DNA of 63,901 nt, counting the filler, from Reticulomyxa filosa (Eukaryota; Protista; Foraminifera), in assembly GCA_000512085.1 (NCBI GenBank). It is 19 parts of 19 records of this genome, joined end to end, with 100 filler letters (N's around TTAATTAATTAA, not from the genome) between each part and the next. Parts side by side here need not be neighbours in the genome. Positions count along the whole stretch, not along the records: positions 20,954 to 27,166 come from ASPP01008646.1; positions 27,267 to 28,712 come from ASPP01045520.1; positions 28,813 to 29,926 come from ASPP01026635.1; positions 30,027 to 32,504 come from ASPP01005199.1; positions 32,605 to 35,296 come from ASPP01026488.1; positions 35,397 to 44,246 come from ASPP01016583.1; 13 more parts are not named here. One strand, 5' to 3'. The notes beneath the pieces are model-generated. The model was given only the letters and a program-made list of their open reading frames with translations. It searched no databases and was not told where the DNA came from. A program made the position numbers and the translations under genes. Positions 25,073 to 38,911 of this stretch are shown in pieces (positions within the stretch are counted from its first letter, which is position 1; every line of letters begins with the position of its first letter).

Positions 25073-26216
25073 TCACTTAGTAGTGGTAGTAGCAATGTTC
25101 TTCTTCGCAAGTTCTTGTTCGTACTTTTGAATGGCCTCTCTAGTGCCGTGGTCAGCATAGCGAATGGGGTCTGGTAACTTGACGCCACGGCAGGTAAGTT
25201 TGACAACCTCCACAGCGGTGCGAAGAGAGACGCGATGGCCAATGCTGATAAAAGCAGGGTTTTTAGCATCGTTTGCCGATTTCTGCTGTCTTTTATGCAA
25301 GTACTCTCTCCCAAATAAACTGCAGAGCATTGCAACACCCCACGTTTGTTTCGAAATGGGTCCGATAATATCCATGATACCAGTACTAACTGTGGCGGCC
25401 TTGTCTTTGGTTAAAAACTCGGCCCATTGTTTCTTAAACACTTTTTGATCTAACCCATCCACAACCAATAGATTTTTGGCCACACCAATGGTAGGAATAT
25501 TTACAAGTACTCCTAAGTGGCATGCCAAACCAAATCCCCTTTGGTGCAGTATTCCATTGCCGTCGACGAGAATTATTTGTGGCATATATTCTGAACATTC
25601 TTGTTTCATTTCGTTTATTATTTGCACTAAAAACTCCACTTCACGAAATGCCAAGAAACCAGGGATATATGGCTGTGCGTAACGCACTATGTTAAATCTG
25701 CGGTACACCTCTTTCAACGATGGATATTCCAACACTACCAATCTTTTTCAAAAAAAAAAAAAAAAAAAGGGGAAGAAAAAAACTTCTTTAAACATTTTCT
25801 TCAGAAAATTCTTAAGAAATTTCTTTTCTTTTTTTTTTTGCTTTTTAATAAATGTTACTATTGGTGAATTATCAACATACCCAGCACAAGCAATATCTTC
25901 GTCTTTTTCGCCGTGTGATATGTCAACCCCGCCAATATATCGCAACGGTGACTTTGGCTTGGTCAAAAGATCCAATGTTTTAGATTCATCAACTGATGTT
26001 TTGTTACCATCCAATTGAGGCAGTTCAAAATCAAAATCGTCTTTCATTATCAGTCTTTTGATGTTTTTTTTTATGTTGTTTTGTTTTTGGACTATTGCTG
26101 CTTTTCTATTCAAGCATATTTCTTCGTTGGAGTAACTTTTGTTTCAGTTGGGTTTGCTCTTGTGTCCATTTTGTCTCGTATTGTGATAATACCTCTTCCC
26201 TTGGCTGAGAACTCAT
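25073..26216 (-). CDS. ENDOV: Endonuclease V (inosine-specific nuclease), complete, 3 exons
   Basis: WTQEQTQLKQK|LIMKDDF, YIGGVDIS, ACAG|LVVLEYP, PYIPGFLAFRE, ILVDGNGILHQRGFGLACHLGV, PTIGVAK, FISIGH, PDPIRYAD. The catalytic D/E/D residues are present. Confidence 0.97.
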
Positions 26217-26627
26217 GTGTGAACTGTAATAATGACCTTTCCAACTTCTCCACAAAATTAAATTGCAACACTTCTTTGCTTGATTTTTAAAAAAAAAACA
26301 TAGCAAGCCTTTGCAAAGACACACTCTTTTTTTTGTAGCGTTGAAAGGCTTTTTAAATTTGGTACTGTTGGTGGTAAAAAAAAAAGGACAATTTCGTGAT
26401 TTTTCATATCAAATTTGATAAAAACAAATGTGATGAAAACTAATTTTGCGTTAAATATGTTATGCGATCGTTTTTTTATTGGAAAAGTGATCAAAGTAGA
26501 TAAAAACACCACATGTCAAAACAATGTAGCAAATGTTAATCCAATCTGTTCACGAAGTAATAGAAATAGGGGGCGTTGATTGTGTATTTTAAAAAAAAAA
26601 GGGGAGCAACGGGCATTAGCAATAATC

Positions 26628-27068
26628 ATGGCATCAATGGATGAAAATGGACCTGAGCAAAGACGAAAACGGTCGTTATCTGTTGGAGAATTTAACTTTT
26701 TGCCAAAAATTCCGAAAGAAAAGAACATAGGACCAGCACCAAGCCGTCCTTTGCCAACGAAGCCAAGGCCAGAGAACAGCGAGGAAAGCAAGGAAGCGAC
26801 AGCGGATACAAGAAGCAAGCGGAAGCGTTCGTATAGTCAGCACGACATTGTGCCAATGATGGCAATCCGAGAAGAGAACGCATTGCAAGACAGCATAAAG
26901 AAAGGAGTTCCCACAAGAGAGAGCGCCACAGCACAGAAAGGCGACTTTATGATAATGCCAACCATTCAGTTCGAAGTGGCATCAACGTCACAAAGCGTGA
27001 AATCTCCGCCAACGCGGCCATTGCCATTTCGTCCGTCTAGTCCCAACGCAGTCAATATCTCTCAACAA
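26628..27068 (+). CDS. First exon of a Pro-rich signalling-type protein; 3' partial
   Basis: ORF 26580..27104 contains RKRSLS, RKRSYS and PxRPLP motifs. A donor GT lies at 27069. The gene is divergent from ENDOV. Confidence 0.6.
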
Positions 27069-29124
27069 GTTAAGTTTTGTTTTGTTTTTTTTTTAGATGA
27101 TTGAAGGAGGACTGATTAAGTAGAGAAGGAAGGAAAGGGGGGGGGGTTTAGGTGGATAGATAGTAANNNNNNNNNNNNNNNNNNNNNNNNNNNNNNNNNN
27201 NNNNNNNNNNTTAATTAATTAANNNNNNNNNNNNNNNNNNNNNNNNNNNNNNNNNNNNNNNNNNNNCTAAAGCTCGCCGACATACTAAATATTGGCAACG
27301 ATCGTTAAAGTATATTTGACATCCAACAGTTAACAACACATAAGCATCCAGTGTAAGTGTGTAACCTCAATTGATTCAATTAGATAAATGCAAAAATTTT
27401 GTGTTTAGGTTTTTTCAATGTCAGACAACAAATCTCATGATTTATTCATTGTGCAAGTTTTTCTACTTCTGGCTTGATTAATCTTAGACAAACATGTAGA
27501 TATTGTAATCAGTCAATCACTGATTTTCACATAGTAGTTTTTTCAATACCTCTTTTAAAAACATTTTGTAGGGAGTGTACACACTTGACCAACATCACAT
27601 TGACAGACTCTTACACAATGTGGTTCTTTTTTTATTATTATCTTGAAATCTAATTTGATTTCAAAATACATTACAATTAACTCAAATTTGTTATGATTGC
27701 ACAATAATTTGTAATATTTTAGTTAATTGTTGACAACAATGACATACAAAAAAATGATTGATGTAATTGTCATCAATATGTCATTAAATATTTTGTATTG
27801 ACTAATGAGCAAAATATATTATTCAAATAACGGCGAAAACTTGTTGGCAATTATTTTGAAATATTGTAATTGTACACAATGTGATGTGCTTTTTTTTTAT
27901 TATCTTTGGGGATGATTCTCTTTGCCACAAATATATGTTTTTAAAAATTAGATCTTTTATCATTTTCATTTTTCTACTAGTAATCTCGTGGACGCAGTAA
28001 TGACACACTTTTTTCATGCTATTCACCAATTTGCTCTAGCATTTAATCAAAATTGAATTATTGCACGATGAGCACACAAAACCATATGCTAATTTGTTAT
28101 TTTATCATCAACACTTTCGTTGCTATACAGTGACTCTTGGTATTTGTTCGTTTTCGGATTTTTAAATGAAACACTATTGATATTAATTCTTTTGGTGTGT
28201 CATTACATCATTATTGCCGAAACGCCGAAAATGTGTATCTTTAAAAAATTTAACAAAGTTATTCAGAAAGATATGTTGCAAAAAGTCAACATACATCACA
28301 AAGTTTTTTTTTTTAGTTTTATTGCTTATTACTCATCTCATATTTAAATAAAATAAAAAACAAAATGTAGTACAAATATTAGTTTTGTCATTGATGTTTT
28401 CAAAACAAATGTAATCCATTTCTATAACAAATTTCATAATCTCTTTTATAACTTGTTTTTTTGTTAAAGTTAGTTGAATAAAAAACATATTTGGAATAAA
28501 CTATCCAAAATATCAAAATGAAGTTTAAATAAGAGCCTAAAAAAAGAAAAAGCAAAGACCAGTCAGTTTGTATATTGAATTATTGGCGCTTTAGTAAATC
28601 CGATCCGCGACCAATTGTTGATTTTAAAAAAAAAAAAGAAAAAGAAATGCAATATATACCATAACACCTGAGACAAAGAAGACAAGAAAAGAAGAAGCAC
28701 GTTAAAAAAAAANNNNNNNNNNNNNNNNNNNNNNNNNNNNNNNNNNNNNNNNNNNNTTAATTAATTAANNNNNNNNNNNNNNNNNNNNNNNNNNNNNNNN
28801 NNNNNNNNNNNNTTTTTTTTTAAATTACGAATAAAATACTCTCCTTTGAAAGAAAGAAAAAGCTGAACTGTATCAAGACAGTTTTGTTTGCTAGGATCCT
28901 TCCTCTAGTTGATGCAAAATTTTTTCTTTTGTTCAATTTGAGATCTGTTTGTTCCCTTTTTTTCTAAATAAAAAATGCTTGAATAATATCAATAAGTTAC
29001 ATCAATGCATTTTATGAAATGTTAAATATTGCATATGATCAAATACTCTTTAAGCATTTGAAAATTTCAATTAAATATTTTTTGCAACGGGTTTTCTTTT
29101 GCAAGGCTACGTTTCTACATGCAG

Positions 29125-29776
29125 TCAGTAATATTCTTTACAGATTTCACTGTGCGTCTTTTTTTTTTTGTATGATATATGGAAATCTTCGTATCGTGTT
29201 TGTTTCTTCAACATAATTTCAATTGATGAAATTTGTAAAGTATTTGAGATAATTGAAGAGGTGAACTTATTCTGAGCGATCTGTGTCTTGACAAAGGTCA
29301 TGAAGGTCATTTTGTCCAAACTTTCCACGACGTGTCCGTAGATGATGATCATATCACTTTTGAGCTACATATCCTTATGAGTTGATGAAAGTACTGACGC
29401 CATCCGAAAATGCGTGATCGGGATAAATCCTTACGAAAATTCAAACGACTTGTTCGTGTTCGAGCGTGCCATGTGTCAATGTTCCAAGAATAAGTTGATG
29501 TGTTGTTGTGGAACACTGCGTGATATTTGAATGTGGTCACATTCATCACCCCTTTCAGTTCGCTTTCCACTAACAACTCCTTGTCTGCGTCCATGTTGTG
29601 TCCATTTGCTGGTATCGTCACATACACACAGTCTTCTGTCAAACAGTTTTGCACTTGGTTGCATCCAATGCTTTCGACGGACATGCGTCCATGATGTTAG
29701 TCGTTACCAGTACCAACCACACAACCAAAGTGCTAAAACATGGCGCCCACCACAATGACTCACTTTTTTTCATCAT
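29125..29776 (-). pseudogene. Frameshifted, possibly secreted protein of unknown function
   Basis: A signal-peptide-like start (WWAPCFSTLVVWLVLVTT) lies in a different frame from ORFs 29349..29684 and 29125..29352. Confidence 0.3.
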
Positions 29777-30038
29777 TTTCTTTTCCTCACTTTAAAAGAT
29801 CATTGATTACAACATCAAAAAAACTTTTTATTCTCAGGACCCGTTCTGCTGTGTTTGTTTAACTCATTAGCGTCATCTTAAAAAATAAATAAAATGACTT
29901 TCCATTTTTTATTTCCTAAAATTAATNNNNNNNNNNNNNNNNNNNNNNNNNNNNNNNNNNNNNNNNNNNNTTAATTAATTAANNNNNNNNNNNNNNNNNN
30001 NNNNNNNNNNNNNNNNNNNNNNNNNNAAAAAAAAAAAG

Positions 30039-32457
30039 GCGTGTGAAGGTATTTGGGGACTGAACTTTTACAAGGTGAAAATGGTCCCGCGCAATCAAAT
30101 GGTCAGTTCACTATTTATTCCCAACGCGGCGCCGCAAGTTCGGCGCGGCCAGTGGTGTCGGATCGAGAAGCCCGCGACGTACAAAGGGGACTTGGGACAA
30201 GTGTACGAAGTGTTGGATCAAGGATCTCGTGTGATCGTGCGTCTCTTGCCACGTGTGGACGTCGCGAAGCTGGAGGCATTTCGACCACAGAACAGTAGTA
30301 GCAACGGCAGTGGAGGCAGCAACAGCAACAGCAGTAGTAGCAGTAGCAGTAGTAGTAACAATAACAATGGCAACAATGAACATCACAATGGCAGATTCAA
30401 GAATCAAAACTTTAATCGTCCTCGTGGATACAAGCCTCCTGCAAAGCTGTTTGACAAAATCGAAATCCAGGCGCTGGGACATGAAGTGCAGTCATTGGTG
30501 ACATTTCCCAAGGCGAACATTCAATGCGATAAGTTCCAAGGCAAGTTCTTCAAGAATGGATATGCGCTGATGAGTCTGCCCGTCAACAATGTCAACTTTG
30601 ACGTGACGGCCAGTCCGGAGGAGGTGGCCAATTTGCGCAAGAAGCCGGCAAAAGGGCCCTTGGAAGATGACAACGAAGATGAGGAGGAAGAGGAAGACGC
30701 CACGTTCCGTGACGAGCGTGATAAGATTGTGATGAATGCACCTTTGCCTGAGATGCCCAAATCGTGCAATTTCACCCGCGGTGATACTGTTCGCGTCATC
30801 AAAGGAGGTCTGCAAAACATGATCGGCAAAGTCCTCTCCACTCAACGCTACGCCTCCGAAGGGGGAAAGGTTAGGGTCACTGTCATGCCAGAACACGGCG
30901 AACTCACTCAACAGGTCGCTTTCGACGCCGACCAATTGCAAAAGTACTTCCGCTTGGGATGCCATGTCAAAGTGCTCAAAGGAGATTACAAGGGCCAGAC
31001 TGGACTCATCGTCAAACTGGAACCCGAACTCAACCAGGTTGTCATCTTCAGCGATTTGACGTCTCAGCAAATATGTGTCGGCGCCGACGAAATCACAGAG
31101 TCCAGCGAAGTCAGCACCGGCGGAGACGTCTTTGGAAACTACTCCCTCTACGATCTGGTCCAATTGGCTGATGGAAAGGTCGGCGTTATTGTCGGAATTA
31201 ACAATGGCATTTTCACTGTTTTGGACAATGGCACCAAAGTGCAAACTGTTCGATTGCAAGTTTTGATATATATATATATATACATATATGTATATACATA
31301 TATATGTATATGAGGACACGCACATGCAACGTGTGGGCATGTTTTTATTATTATTATTATTATTAATAAAAAAAATAAAATGAATCCATATTTAATACAA
31401 AGGACATAACTCGAACTGTACCCGACAAACACGCGGTGGCATTGGATATCGACAACATGCAAATCCGAATTGGTGATGTGGCTATCCCACAATTGGGGGA
31501 ATTCAAAGGGACCCGCGCAACTGTAAAACACATTTATCGTGGCGTGCTGTGGAGCGATAGTCCCAGTTGTGGAGTCAATGCGCACATATTTGCAATTCGC
31601 GCAAGGGTGTGCCGATTGAGTGGCTCGCGCGCACGGACCAACAATGCTTCCAATGCCATGAACATTTTTTCATCCAAACTGGACGGCCGTAAAGACACCA
31701 AAAATTTGCAAGATATTTGCATATTGAACCATCACAACCAACGGAAAGACCCGTGGCTGCACAAAACCGTTCAAATCAAAAACGGAACGTTCAAAGGCTA
31801 CAAAGGGATTGTCAAAGGCTGCACTGATGACAAGTTACGAGTGGAACTGCACGCCAAAGCCAAAATTGTCAGTGTTCATCGTGAGCAAGTACGAGTGCTG
31901 AATGCGGACGGGACTGCTGTCAGCGAAGACCAAGACTGGCATGCCCACTCTGGCCTAAGTGGCTCTCGCTTCATTCGGACCAACGATCGGCCTGGAAAGT
32001 CGAATCATCACAAAGGTGATCGACCTTTTGGTAATGCAAATCGACATCGCTTTGCCAGTGGCACTGAAACCCCAGCTTTGATTGGAGCCTCCACACCTGC
32101 TTATTTCGATGGCTCGAAAGTTATTTATATATGTATACTTGCAAGGAGATCACATATCAACATATGTTCACAAAAAAAAAAAAAAAAAAAAAATAGGGCT
32201 TTGACTCATAATACACCAACTCTAGACGCCTGCCATTGGGTCCATGACGCCGCATGGATCGCATACACCTTACGGAGGAATGACTCCTGGTCATGAAACT
32301 CCTCACGGCGGAGGCGCGTGGGATCCTGGAAATCAAACTCCAGGACTGGGTGGTACCACACCTGGCTATGGATATGCTACTTCTCCTCGTGCCTTTGGCG
32401 GAAACACACCAAAAGAGTCGTATCCCGAATCTCCTCGCGATTCTTATAGCTATGGAA
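30039..32457 (+). CDS. SUPT5H: Transcription elongation factor SPT5 (end of NGN, KOW1-5, CTR repeats); partial at both ends
   Basis: YKGDLGQV, LLPRVD, PPAKLFD, FTRGDTVRVIKG, LQKYFRLGCHVKVLKGDYKGQTGLIV, KTVQIKNGTFKGYKGIVK, RVELHAK, and CTR repeats GSMTPHGSHTPYGGMTPG...AWDP. Introns at 31260-31402 and 32120-32225. Confidence 0.96.
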
Positions 32458-32619
32458 GTTTGTTTTCTTTTTTTTTTTTTTTTTTTTTTTTAGGATAGAT
32501 AGAGNNNNNNNNNNNNNNNNNNNNNNNNNNNNNNNNNNNNNNNNNNNNTTAATTAATTAANNNNNNNNNNNNNNNNNNNNNNNNNNNNNNNNNNNNNNNN
32601 NNNNCTTGTATGTTGCGGA

Positions 32620-34900
32620 ATGGGGATGATGATGGACAGTAACGTGAGCACTGATAAATTGAATATATGGCTGAACCATCGAGCGGAGCAAATGGACGCA
32701 TTACGCGAGCTGAACGAGCGATTAAAGCACAACGAGCTGGCCTGCAGAAGTGTGTTTGTGAACAGCAGCAATTTGTTTGCGCTCAACGGCTTGTACTTTT
32801 ACATCAGACAAGTGTTTGCGTTGATCCAAAGTTGCGAGTGATCTACGCGCAAATAGATTGCAACAAAGAAATGGTGGGCTACTCAATTGTGTTTGTAAAC
32901 CAGTTCTACGCAATCACGGGCAACGATATCAACTTTTTCATGTTCAATGTGATGTTGCACATTCAACTACGTTTGCTTCATTTCGGTCATTGCACAAATG
33001 TCTCGAGTTTGTGTTGTCACCATCGTAACTTTTTGTCTGTCGTTCAGTTATGAGATTGACAAGAACAAGCTAGTAGTGGGGAAAGTATATTGTATATGAT
33101 AAATAAAATAAAATATATACAACGACTCAGATGAAATGAAACAATAACTACCTCGATCAGTATCGATCTTCTGCTGTGATGTTTTAGACAATAGTGATAG
33201 TCTCATGACAATGCTCTTCGGTCAACATTATTGTCGTAATAGATCACATGTGGATATTGTCGCCATACTTGATAGGATTGGAACAGAAGCAATAATGTCA
33301 AAAAAAAATACAGTGGGAAATCGGCACCAATACTGACACCAGCCTGCCAATTGGAAAATCTTAATCCAAGTTTGTATATAAATAGATATATCAAAAGTGA
33401 CTTGTTTTTTTGTTTTGTTGATTGGTTGACAACTATCACTTATTTAAACCAATCGAAAAGAGTATCTCTTTGTCAATATCCTTTTCCTCTATCTTATTGT
33501 TTTGTTTCGTTCCAAAGACCAAGAACATATCAAACAAAGAAGGCACCCATAAGCAACATGGTAACAGTAAAGACGATAAAAATAGAAAGAAGTGAAGTAT
33601 TTGAAGCGAATGTACGTATATCCTCAACAACAGAGACAGTATATGAACAAAGGAAGACTTAAGTGAATGAATCTGTGCTAGTGAATCGTTTTTGCGAGCC
33701 GAAAAAGAGTCGTCAAAACGGAGTATCGTGGAACATCACCAATATTCAAACTATCACCGGGTAAGTCTCTCTTTGCTACTCCATATAATACTAACAAAAA
33801 AAAGCATCCAAACGACGGCGATTAAATAGCAGTTAAGAAACGGAGAAGAAAATAATCACTGTCGAAATGGAGACTGGCGAAGCTTTGAGTGCAATAACAA
33901 TGCTGCCTTCGCTTACTAATACAAGCACAAGCAAGTATTAATATAAGCATAATGTAAGTGTAAATGCAAATAGTGATGGCAATGGATCGGAGCTAACGAT
34001 AGCCGACGTGGTGGTAAACAGGTTGGAGAATGGCAATAGTAATGACGGCATATGCAACAACTTAGGTATGATTTGAGCGATGCACGACATTGTGGACAGA
34101 GAGATGATGCGGAGGATAGTGCCGTTGGCGAGATATGAACTTTGAAGACTTTGCAAAGCTTGTCCGACCCCGCGCTTGACTTAAGAAAGCTCATGCGGGC
34201 GTTGGCCATCGATACAAATGCATAAGACAGTGCCAACTCCACTCTAGCAATCTGGAAATCTTAGTTCTTTGATCCATTTCTTATGTCGGCTCTTGTATCA
34301 CTTACAAATTGGGCATTTGTCGTTATGTTACATATTCCATATAATGTATGGAATATGTAAGTTTTGCTTTTGTGGCATTTTGATGGAGAAATATGTGCAA
34401 TTGTGGATGTTGGTGAAACAATGCCATTTATGTGATCAAAATATTGACAGCAATGCTGAATGGACATTTGGTTTTATCGATAAATGTTTGAAATGCTTGC
34501 CGCTCGAAAAAAAAGTAAAGTCGACCAGTGAAACACCCATATTGACAAAATGCCTTCGACGCATTCGTTGTGTGAACGAATGCCAAAGTAATAACAGCAC
34601 CTTGGAGTTGATCCTACATGATTTTTGTCAAAAAAACAACAATGCCACCATATGTTGCAAAGGTAATGAAAAAGGTATAATTTCGGAGGAATGTGAAGGC
34701 ACAAAGCGTAATATGTTGATAGAAACTTTCCCAATTTCGTTTTATTGTTGACCCTAGTGCTGAAGAAATGCCAAGAGTACTTGAAACAACTGACGACCAA
34801 TCCGTCCTATCGCTATGACAATTCGCAACTGTTTAGACACATTGAAAATGAAACAGTGATATTGGAGAGTCGGTGCTTGTATCTGCTGCATGTGTTTTAA
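32620..34900 (+). pseudogene. Decayed coding sequence of unknown family
   Basis: Patchy protein-like frames (32620..32841, 34269..34751) are broken by stops and frameshifts. Confidence 0.3.
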
Positions 34901-35259
34901 TCAAAACAATGCGTGCAGATTGACTCTTATCACCTGCTAATATACACATTAATTTTATATTTGCGTTGTCAAACACATGTTCGCATTCATTGTAATTTTC
35001 TCCAATCTATCGTCTTCCAACAAACTTTATTTCAGCATTGACTTTCTCACGCTTTGGTGCGCTTTTTTTCGCTGTTTCTGCCAATACTACCGTTTTATTT
35101 CATTTTTTCAAATACTTTTTTTTTAAAAAAAAGATGAAGTTAAAAAAAAGAGATGAACCTTCAATCACATTGTTTTCGGTATACATTACATCTTTAACAT
35201 TTCTAAGACACTTGTCAATTTTCTCCAACTTTCCTTTGGACTAGATATATTATATGTTA

Positions 35260-35296
35260 TACAGTAGAATGCAAAGTAAAGTTGACACCTAAAACG
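35260..35296 (+). mobile_element. Terminal inverted repeat of a Tc1/mariner/pogo-type element with TA target site; the contig ends inside the element
   Basis: TA|CAGTAGAATGCAAAGTAAAGTTGACACCTAAAACG. The first 33 nt are the exact reverse complement of 52909-52941. Confidence 0.85.
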
Positions 35297-35574
35297 NNNN
35301 NNNNNNNNNNNNNNNNNNNNNNNNNNNNNNNNNNNNNNNNTTAATTAATTAANNNNNNNNNNNNNNNNNNNNNNNNNNNNNNNNNNNNNNNNNNNNTAAA
35401 TTTGTTTAACATAATTTTTTTTGTTTTTACAGCTACCAAACATTGACAAATTATGGCACTCATTAACTATTGAAGAAAGAAAAAACATTGTATTGATATC
35501 AGCAAAGATTCAATTGGAGCTTACTCTTTTCGAGATATTAAAGAAGGTGCAAGAGGATGTGAATAAATACGTTA

Positions 35575-38500
35575 TAAGAGTTTTGTACACATGTTCTCGT
35601 GACTCTGTTATCTTTTGCTAGAATTCAGCTTTTTCGACTGGTTCAGCTTTTTGAATTTTGGTTGTTCAATTTGTTCGGCTTTTTCAGTTTCCTTCAATTT
35701 TTTCAATTCGATGTCAATAGCAAGCTTGATTTGCTCTTTGATTTTGCTGACTTTCTGCATGACGAGTGCCAACTTTGCGTTCATCTTTTGAGTCCTTTTA
35801 TTGTCCTTGTGCTGTTTGTGTTGCTTTGCCAACACATCTGCCGATTTTTAATCTACAATGTATTGCTGTATTTGTTGAAACGCCCGTCGGCTTTTCTCAG
35901 ATAAGTCTTTTTTGTTTGACTTTTCAGTTTCGCCAAAGACTTGGTTTGTCTTTGTTCTCGAATTTTGCGCCTTTATTCCGTTGTTGTGCCCTTTTCTGCT
36001 TTTCCATCTCTTCTTTCATCTTTTGCTGTTGGTACTCTTTTTGGTATTGCAATAAAATACCACTTTCGAATTGCCTCCTTTTTTCTCTTCCAATATCGTT
36101 TCTTTTGATTTTTCCACTTGATGCACCTTGCCTTTTAGCTCTTCCAAAAAACTTTATCTTGTCGCTTTGATTATCTTTGATTCAGATGTAATTGTTTTTG
36201 TATTTGTTCTTGTGTTTGTGCTTGTGGATGTATCTCTGGTTATGTCTCTGACTATGGCTTTTGCTGTTCCAATGCAGATGACGATTCTTGTGTGGCCAAT
36301 GTCTAGTGTTCGTCCGTCAAAATTGTAACTTCTGCTTTCTTTTCTTCTCTTTAGTCTCTCTGCTCATTTTCTTCTTTTTGCTCTTTTTGCTCAGTCTGTA
36401 GAAGCATTGACTCGGGCAAAGCAAGCGAGTGATCGATGGCGTTGTCCGCATGAGGTTGTTATGGTTGAGACTCAGATAATTCATCTGGACTCTTCACTTG
36501 AGTCTGAGCTTAAGCTTGAGCTTAAACTTGTGATTCTTCTTCTACCAATTTTGTAGCCCCTGCATCAGCTTCCGCTTCTGCTTCAACATCTGCACAAAAT
36601 ACCGATGCCAACGCATCGTCCAATGCAACGTCTGAAGCTGTGCTACACGAATCAAAGCCAGAAACAGTCAAGGACGATTGAATGGCGACTTCGAATTTGT
36701 CATATTTGCTCAGGTTTTGGAAGCCCATTTGATTACATTGGCACACACCCATTGGTTATCATCGTCGTCAGCCGCAAACTGTCCGTCTCCTTGCCCTTAT
36801 CCACCCGCTCGCGGATAATCGCAAGCTGCGCAAATGCTTGCGTCCTGTTCATTCATGAATGTGTAAATTGAACATGACCAAGATCATGTACTTTTCTTTG
36901 TCGGTTTTTCCTTTTTTGGAGGACGATAACGCCTTCTTAATATCGTTCATGGCTTCAGTATCGCTTTCAAACAAATTCTTCTTGGTCGTCGTCGACGCGA
37001 ACGAAATCGTCGGTATTTCCTCCTTTCGTGCCTGTTCACCCGTCTTACCCGTTGTGGTCGCTTCTGTTGTCGCTTGTGCTGTCATTGGTGCTGCAGAGGA
37101 TTTCAATGGCTTGCCAAATAATAAGGTACTGCATGTCTTGTTTTTCGATTCACTGATTGGTCGTTCATTCCCAAAGATCCCTTTTCCTGCATGCTTCGTG
37201 GCGGTTGTGTTTTTGATCGTCGGTTAATGGCTGCTGATAGTCCCAAGACGTGTTCGTATTGTTGCCGAATGAAGGGAAAAGGGGTTGTTCCAGGTCGGAC
37301 TGCTGACTTGCTTTCTTTGGCTCTTTTTTGCGATATTGAGGCTCCCTTTCCTATTTTTTTGGGTACCTTTTTGTCGATGCATTTGTTACTTTGCTCGTTC
37401 AATTGTTGTTGTTGTTGAAGGTCAATAGGGTTGGACTGAGTTTGCAAAGTGGAAAATAACCCTCCCAATGAGTCGAACATACTGCGATGGTCCAACATTG
37501 CCTTCCTCATCCGTATCATTTTCCGTCAATTCCTCTTCATCCGTGTCGCAATAGTACATTGCGCCATCTTGTTCTTCAAGCAATAAAAACTCAAATTCTG
37601 GAGATAGCAATACATCTTTCCACGCTTTGTTGCTATCTTGCACTTGCGCGACTACACAGAATCGTCTTGTGTGCAATAGGAAACTGCTTCGACGTCGTTG
37701 ACGAGGATATTGCATGCTTGTTGCTTATCCGCTGATGTGGATGACACAATTGCTGTTGCTATTGCTGCACTCTCTTTGGCCACGTGTTGGGATTTCATAG
37801 ATTTGACAATTGGATGTCTGGGTCAGCAAATTACGGCTGGAACGCTATTTCTTCGAACTTTTTCTGTTTTGTACATTGATTTCATTTATTTAGCGTAGGA
37901 AGTTAGTCAGCTAAATCATTTGGATCTTTATTCTCTTCTTCTTGCTTATTCAAGGTGGACTCATCAATCTTGATTCTTGTTTTCTTCTGCTTCTACTTCT
38001 TCGTCCACGGAAGAGATAAGCTCTGTCGTGCCCATCAGCATGGTGGAGGAGGCCTTTCGCATTGCCGCCGGAGTGAATTGAGATACCACGGCATTGGACG
38101 CAATCTCTTTTGTGGAGGGTGCGTCGGCATTGGTCTTGCGGTGGGTGATCACTTCGATTAATTGAATCAATTGCTTCACGACTGAAGATGGGCTTACAGT
38201 GTGTATTTTGGATAAATCTGTGATGTTCATCAGCGATTGTTCCATCCATGTCACCACGCGACGGCAAAGCTTCATTGACAATTCCCACGTGTCGAGCGTA
38301 AACATCTTCTAATTGAATATCACGTGCAACAGCGATGGGAACAGCGCCTCAAATTGACGTGTCCAAATGTCACCAAAAATGATAGCATATTCATCACTGA
38401 ATTGTTGCCTCTCGTTGCAAGGATTTGATCGACGTAAGAATCTCGTGAGCTATATTAACATATATATATATTTTATTTTTTTTTGTTTTAAAGACAAAAA

Positions 38501-38760
38501 AATATAGTGTGGACATATTGTTCAATGCTGTTCGCAACAGATTCAGTAGCGATTGAGATATCAATCAATGCATTTGCTCGCGCCTTGCTCAGTGTCATGT
38601 TCACTCACTCGTATTGGATTGCTGTGTTGACTCAAATAAAACCACTTGCTACTGTTTTTCTTATTTCAAACAAACAAATAAAAAAAGTGTTATGTGTTTG
38701 ACTTAACAGTGTCATTGGCAGTCCATGTCAAACATTGATAGCATATCAATCGAAGGGCTA
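35575..38760 (-). pseudogene. Long helical, coiled-coil and low-complexity gene with multiple stops and frameshifts
   Basis: A chain of protein-like ORFs in shifting frames: 37964..38305, 37422..37715, 37103..37519, 36849..37106, 36522..36752 and 35608..35835. Confidence 0.55.
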
Positions 38761-38911
38761 TGAGTGGCTCTTATCAACAACACACAAAGCCAATGAAATT
38801 AAATGGACATAAAAGAAATTTTAAAAAAAAGATTGAAAAAACAGTTATTTGTAAACCGATTTTCTGTCGCTTTTCAGGCACCAAAATGATCTTTGGAATG
38901 GTTAAATCGGT

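Noticed and set aside
27267-28712. AT-rich contig with short ORFs (also 44347-45531 and 56450-58000)
   Set aside because: No protein motif, RNA gene or repeat structure could be supported.
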